Below are positions 60,249 to 64,000 of a stretch of 64,000 nt of DNA, one piece after another; position 1 is the stretch's first letter; every line of letters starts with the position of its first letter. The notes below the pieces were generated by a model. That model saw only the letters and a list, made by a program, of their open reading frames with translations, was not told the origin of the DNA and searched no databases. Origin of the DNA: a virus; the IMG/VR virus record IMGVR_UViG_3300025118_004802, positions 1 to 64,000 of that record; one strand, written 5' to 3'. A program made the position numbers and the translations under genes.

Positions 60249-60325
60249 TGGGCGATCTGGGGCTCGAACCCAGATGTGACCAGTTACTCTTTCTACGGCT
60301 TATAAGACCGAGGAGATAATCGCCC
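60249..60325 (-). tRNA. Non-canonical tRNA-Ile(UAU)-like RNA lacking a conventional D-arm
   Basis: Acceptor stem GGGCGAT/ATCGCCC plus discriminator A; T-arm CTGGG-TTCGAGC-CCCAG; anticodon hairpin CGGT-CTTATAA-GCCG. Only 8 nt separate the acceptor and anticodon stems, and 22 nt separate the anticodon and T-arms. Confidence 0.7.
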
Positions 60326-60333
60326 ATGTTCTT

Positions 60334-60362
60334 AATATAACAAACTAAGAACGCTCTGTCAA
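60334..60362 (-). promoter_or_regulatory. Sigma70-type promoter driving the tRNA-like gene
   Basis: TTGACA-17 nt-TATATT, with the -10 box 8 nt upstream of the RNA 5' end. Confidence 0.75.
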
Positions 60363-60372
60363 GCCTAAAGAC

Positions 60373-60519
60373 CTATCTCTTTCCCTGTCCTCGATACTTC
60401 TTCTTATAATGTTTTGACTGACCCTGGGGGCCAGCAGACCCCCACTTAGTAAAAGCACTGCACCCCTGGCGAGTTTTCTTCTTTGGGGTGCTGTTTCGCT
60501 TGATATTACCACTTGCCAT
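60373..60519 (-). CDS. Small basic 48-aa protein ending in YRGQG (below the ORF-track cutoff)
   Basis: MASGNIKRNSTPKKKTRQGCSAFTKWGSAGPQGQSKHYKKKYRGQGKR; TGATG coupling with the upstream gene. Confidence 0.7.
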   Translation of the reverse strand: MASGNIKRNSTPKKKTRQGCSAFTKWGSAGPQGQSKHYKKKYRGQGKR

Positions 60520-60809
60520 CAGAGCACCATCTTCTTTACTTGATCATAAGCCTCAATAAGGGCATCCATGTCCTTTTCACCTTTGATCATCCGATAAGCC
60601 TTGACAGCGGCCCAGATTTCTTCCTTGGTCAGGTACCCCTCATCAATATAAGATTTACGGACGTCTCTCTTGTGTTCTTTGAAGGGCTCCATCGCTTCCT
60701 CAGTAGCGACGAGATCCTTAAGATAATTTTTTACGTGTTCCTCCTTTGAAAGAATCACGTTCTCCTCTTCCTCGTTCTGAGGAATTCCAAACTGGACTAC
60801 ATTGCTCAT
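60519..60809 (-). CDS. Putative DNA-binding protein (GapR/DUF2312 or T4 DsbA-like)
   Basis: Helical pattern YLKDLVATEEAMEPFKEHKRDVRKSYIDEG...AAVKAYRM. Confidence 0.4.
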   Translation of the reverse strand: MSNVVQFGIPQNEEEENVILSKEEHVKNYLKDLVATEEAMEPFKEHKRDVRKSYIDEGYLTKEEIWAAVKAYRMIKGEKDMDALIEAYDQVKKMVL

Positions 60810-61004
60810 CTATTCTTCTCCTTTGCTAATCCACTCATTAAGAAGTACCGCACTGGTTGTATATGCCCCCATTGCAAAGTATAGTACTAATAGCCCTTTA
60901 AAGGCCTCTCCTGCGTCGTCAGTGATACTCCAGAAACATGTAAAGGTAAAGAGTACCCCTAAAAAGAAGGCAACCGCCATCCTCTGTGTTTTCGTCTTAA
61001 ACAT
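60810..61004 (-). CDS. Small membrane protein with two TM helices
   Basis: Two hydrophobic segments; strong AAGGAGG RBS. Confidence 0.6.
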   Translation of the reverse strand: MFKTKTQRMAVAFFLGVLFTFTCFWSITDDAGEAFKGLLVLYFAMGAYTTSAVLLNEWISKGEE

Positions 61005-61028
61005 AATAACCTCCTTCAGTTAAAAATA

Positions 61029-61112
61029 TGGTAGGGAAGGCGGGATTTGAACCCGCAAGCCGTGAAGCGGGAGATTTTAAGTCTCCTGTGTATGCCATTC
61101 CACCACTTCCCC
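61029..61112 (-). tRNA. tRNA-Leu(UAA), CCA encoded
   Basis: Acceptor GGGGAAG/CTTCCCT, D-loop TGGAATGGCATAC, anticodon arm GGAGA-CTTAAAA-TCTCC, long variable arm, T-arm GCGGG-TTCAAAT-CCCGC and 3' ACCA. Confidence 0.95.
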
Positions 61113-61125
61113 AAATCATATTATT

Positions 61126-61154
61126 ATGATACATGAGGTTGGAGGGGATGTCAA
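61126..61154 (-). promoter_or_regulatory. Sigma70-type promoter driving tRNA-Leu
   Basis: TTGACA-17 nt-TATCAT. Confidence 0.75.
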
Positions 61155-61630
61155 GCATTGTTTTTTTTCAAAAGATCGTCATCTTCCAAAGTTTCCAAAT
61201 AATCAAACTGCATCTTTTGGAGATTACAGGTGAAAAAAGGATCCACTTCTTCGAACTCTTTGAGATAACGATTACTTACGATAGGTTGGAATGTGGAAAT
61301 TCCGTGATCCTTGATATAATTAACATAAAAAGGGTTGTCATCAAAGTATACCTGAATATCGTATTTTTGCAGCAGCTTAAGCTTGTGGCGCGCCATTTTT
61401 TTAAAATGACTTAGATCCATTTGAGTTTTGTCATACTCATAACCGCCCAGAATGGCTTTATAGTGAGTATTCTCCACACCCAATTTAACTAGAGCTTCCT
61501 CAACTTCGTATAATTTAGAAGGAGGCGTCCCTGTAATGATATAAACGTCGCCAGGCCAGCTTTTAATTAAATTTACAAAAAATACAGGATCATATGATAT
61601 TGTATCGTGGAAATCTAGCCCTAAATTCAT
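61151..61630 (-). CDS. HAD-like phosphatase
   Basis: LGLDFHDTI, IITG, K and YFDDN. Start placed at ATG 61630 (ATGA overlap). Confidence 0.6.
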   Translation of the reverse strand: MNLGLDFHDTISYDPVFFVNLIKSWPGDVYIITGTPPSKLYEVEEALVKLGVENTHYKAILGGYEYDKTQMDLSHFKKMARHKLKLLQKYDIQVYFDDNPFYVNYIKDHGISTFQPIVSNRYLKEFEEVDPFFTCNLQKMQFDYLETLEDDDLLKKNNA

Positions 61631-62469
61631 CTTGTTAACATAAATAACAACGGCCAAGCAGGGATAATCCTGAGGTCTTGTGGTGTTACCACAGCACAAC
61701 CCTCTCCCGAGCTGTCGTGGTCATCAGATGGCGCTGAGAGACTGTCGCTTTTAGTAAAGCTGTTCGGGCTCCACTCAGCGGTGTCCTGAATCCCATTACC
61801 GTTGCGGTCGTGATCGCAAGCATCTCCAATGCCGTCTCTGTCATGATCCTCCTGATATGTATTTGGTACTGAAACACAGTTGTCAACATGATCATAGTTA
61901 TAGTCGTTATCCATATCGTTTGCGCATTTCATATTTCTACGGTAGTCGCGGCGATGTAAAAGTGGGCACTCATCCATAATATCGTCCACACCATCGTTGT
62001 CATCGTCAGTATCACAGACATCTCCTAGGCCGTCGAGATCTGTGTCGATTTGACTCGGATTAGGAAGACCCGAGCAGTTATCATCAGTGTTATTGACTGA
62101 GTCTCCGTCTAAGTCTTCGTCACAAGAATCACCCACGCCATCTGCGTCGCGATCATATTGGTTAGGGTTCCAACTAGTCAAACATGTGTCACATGCATCC
62201 CCCCATCCATCAGCATCTCGGTCTGACTGGTCCGGGTTTGAGTCCCATGGGCACGTATCGAAATTATCCTCTATGCCGTCCTCGTCATAATCGTCTGCAT
62301 ATTGATAGCTATCACCTTGATCAGTATTTGCGATTAAAACACTACCTCCCCCTCCTCCGCCGCCAGATTCCTCCGGAGTGCCACACAAGCCGCCGGCGCA
62401 TTCGCCCTCTTCCTCAGCGTATACGGGGTTTGCCAGGAGGGCACTAATCATAATTATATTTTTTAACAT
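61627..62469 (-). CDS. Secreted thrombospondin type-3 repeat protein with a MYXO-CTERM-like C-terminal anchor
   Basis: Signal peptide; repeated D-x-D-x-DG-x-GD-x-CD / DNCP Ca-binding units; ends GEGCAVV...AWPLLFMLTR. Confidence 0.8.
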   Translation of the reverse strand: MLKNIIMISALLANPVYAEEEGECAGGLCGTPEESGGGGGGGSVLIANTDQGDSYQYADDYDEDGIEDNFDTCPWDSNPDQSDRDADGWGDACDTCLTSWNPNQYDRDADGVGDSCDEDLDGDSVNNTDDNCSGLPNPSQIDTDLDGLGDVCDTDDDNDGVDDIMDECPLLHRRDYRRNMKCANDMDNDYNYDHVDNCVSVPNTYQEDHDRDGIGDACDHDRNGNGIQDTAEWSPNSFTKSDSLSAPSDDHDSSGEGCAVVTPQDLRIIPAWPLLFMLTR

Positions 62470-62484
62470 TCTATTTTCCCTTTT

Positions 62485-63099
62485 TTAAATTATATCGTCG
62501 ATGAGACCATATTCCAGGCAAGTCTTTGCATCCCACCATAGATCGCGTTTAAGCATCTCTTTAAGTTTTTTCTTAGGGATCCTGGTATATTGTGTATAAA
62601 TATCGGTTATCGTGCGCATTAACAATTCGTTATTCGTCATCTCATCCTTTAACTCTTCAAACTTCCCCCAACTTATCGAGGATAGTTGATGGATCAACAT
62701 AAACGAATGCTCTCTCATTAAGCGTTTCTTGGCAACTACAGACATTAAAGTAGCTGCAGAGGCTGCGCAGCCATCAATAACCGATGTTACTGGAATCTGA
62801 CTACTTTTTATGTAGTCGACTGCAGACATCCCCGCGAACACGCTCCCTCCGTAGCTGTTAATATACAGTTGTATACCAGTTGGACAACTTTCTAAGCCAA
62901 GTGTGTTAACTTGATTAAGTAAGCTGATATTTAGGGATGTGATCTTTTTATTCAAAGTTAAAATTTTTGCACGGTTAACTTCCGAATAGAAATATATCCT
63001 GTTGTTCATAGTCTCCACACGATCTTTAGACTCATTTTCATCCGTGCTGGGATCAGAGTCCGAGCCTAGTCGCTGAGTGTTCTGAGTCCAAGTTAACAT
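62485..63099 (-). CDS. clpP: ATP-dependent Clp protease proteolytic subunit (ClpP-like)
   Basis: YINSYGGSV, AASAA (catalytic Ser), MLIHQ (His), RDLW (Asp) and EYGLID. Confidence 0.85.
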   Translation of the reverse strand: MLTWTQNTQRLGSDSDPSTDENESKDRVETMNNRIYFYSEVNRAKILTLNKKITSLNISLLNQVNTLGLESCPTGIQLYINSYGGSVFAGMSAVDYIKSSQIPVTSVIDGCAASAATLMSVVAKKRLMREHSFMLIHQLSSISWGKFEELKDEMTNNELLMRTITDIYTQYTRIPKKKLKEMLKRDLWWDAKTCLEYGLIDDII

Positions 63100-63103
63100 T
63101 CGT

Positions 63104-63367
63104 TCACAGCTTCTTTCGCTTCTTTCGCCTCTTTTTGTTCCGAGGCTTCGGGCGTGTATCAGAGGGGATGTCTTCTGGAGGCTTCTCCCTAGTCTTAATT
63201 ACAAACTGCCCCTTCACTTTGTGAATTTTTACATTCAAGTGATCAGAGTTAATCTCAATTGTCTCTTTGAGAGCCACCGCGCCTTCGTAAGTTTCTTGGC
63301 GGCCACTAATATCCCATCGAGGGCCCTCCTCGTCCGAGGGCGCTTTTTCTCTATTTTTATATGTCAA
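63104..63367 (-). CDS. Hypothetical protein with a highly basic C-terminus
   Basis: Ends RPKPRNKKRRKKRKKL; TTG start uncertain. Confidence 0.5.
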   Translation of the reverse strand: MTYKNREKAPSDEEGPRWDISGRQETYEGAVALKETIEINSDHLNVKIHKVKGQFVIKTREKPPEDIPSDTRPKPRNKKRRKKRKKL

Positions 63368-63556
63368 CTAGAGGATTCTCCTCTTCTCCATCTCTTTCAC
63401 TAAAACCTCCATATCCTGTCGGATCATGCTGCGCGTCGTGTTAAGTTCACCGCGCAGGGTCGCCAATTCATCGCGAAGTTCGCTCACGCTGGTGCGCAGG
63501 TTCCGTGAATCCTTTTGAACTACCGTGAGTTCCTTTTTGAGTTCCGTATTAGTCAT
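63368..63556 (-). CDS. Small coiled-coil hypothetical protein
   Basis: Heptad pattern; AAGGA RBS; directly downstream of the tmRNA. Confidence 0.55.
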   Translation of the reverse strand: MTNTELKKELTVVQKDSRNLRTSVSELRDELATLRGELNTTRSMIRQDMEVLVKEMEKRRIL

Positions 63557-63585
63557 TTAAGTTCCTTTTGTTATTATCCGCTTCA

Positions 63586-63917
63586 GGTGGAGACGCCGGG
63601 AGTCGAACCCGGGTCCAAAATATTTCGAACATTACGTCGTTCACAAGATTAGTTTACCTTTTTTACGCAGAAAAGTTAAACAAAAACTGCTTTAGTCTCC
63701 GCTACCAGAGCTTCTTTTTTACCTCAGAAAGAAGAAACTGCTTTTTGCTAGCGTTTGGTTAAAAGGTTGCTAGCGACCCCTGCTTAAGCAGCTAGTGCTA
63801 CAGCGTTTTCAACGTCAATATTGGCGTTTAAGTTTTTAAGCGTTTTTACAGAGACCAACGCTTCCCTCTGTCTTGCATGTAATGTTTTTGATACCTTGTC
63901 GAATCCTTTTCGTCCCC
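63586..63917 (-). ncRNA. ssrA: Transfer-messenger RNA (tmRNA)
   Basis: 5' end GGGGACG-AAAAGGATTCGAC and 3' end GGACCCGGGTTCGACTCCCGGCGTCTCCACC, with the G3:U70 alanine identity pair. Internal tag frame 63825-63784 encodes ANIDVENAVALAA*. Confidence 0.95.
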
Positions 63918-64000
63918 TAAAAAAACATGGGAGGCCCAAACATCCTCACTGTCTGGATCGCCAGCCTATCTTCTATTTGTGTAATTTTTGCCCTCGTTAT

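Noticed and set aside
60249-60325. Interpretation as an intron-containing or simply truncated tRNA
   Set aside because: Both acceptor strands and the T-arm are perfectly paired within 77 nt and there is no intron-sized insert; kept instead as a non-canonical tRNA finding.
63568-63762. 64-aa plus-strand ORF
   Set aside because: Antisense to the 3' half of the tmRNA.
1-64000. Stop-codon reassignment, as found in some huge phages
   Set aside because: Genes up to 11 kb are open in code 11, TAG/TGA/TAA all end genes at coupled junctions, and no suppressor tRNA was seen.
63917-64000. Possible 3' end of a gene (…IEDRLAIQTVRMFGPPMFF*) whose stop overlaps tmRNA G1
   Set aside because: Only 27 codons are visible at the window edge, which is insufficient evidence.

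Overview
This window is a 64 kb segment of a large (probably jumbo/'huge') tailed myovirus-like phage genome. Essentially all real genes lie on the minus strand, tightly packed with TGATG/ATGA overlaps, in genetic code 11. In transcription order (right to left) it holds four blocks. (1) A translation/proteostasis block: complete tmRNA (tag ANIDVENAVALAA), ClpP, a thrombospondin-3 repeat protein with a MYXO-CTERM-like tail, tRNA-Leu(UAA), a structurally non-canonical tRNA-Ile(UAU)-like RNA lacking a normal D-arm, acyl-CoA thioesterase, trypsin-like lipoprotein protease, PIN-PhoH, HEXXH peptidase and a PD-(D/E)XK nuclease. (2) A ~15 kb, 16-gene nucleotide-sugar/glycosyltransferase cluster with an embedded NadE. 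(3) A phage sigma factor followed by a ~36 kb baseplate/tail module (amidase-bearing gp5-like pair, 2314-aa protein, gp25, gp6/baseplate-J, 3683-aa LamG-bearing wedge protein, tail-collar-like paralogues). (4) A RuvC-like resolvase and a HAD nucleotidase. The most notable signals are the rearranged tRNA; a [ST]-[GAS]-[ST] motif concentrated in a subset of virion proteins next to the glycosylation cluster (candidate virion O-glycosylation system); tmRNA next to ClpP; hints of a myxobacterial host; and a recurrent CTAnTTA late-promoter candidate. All calls come from motif reading by eye; no searches were run.
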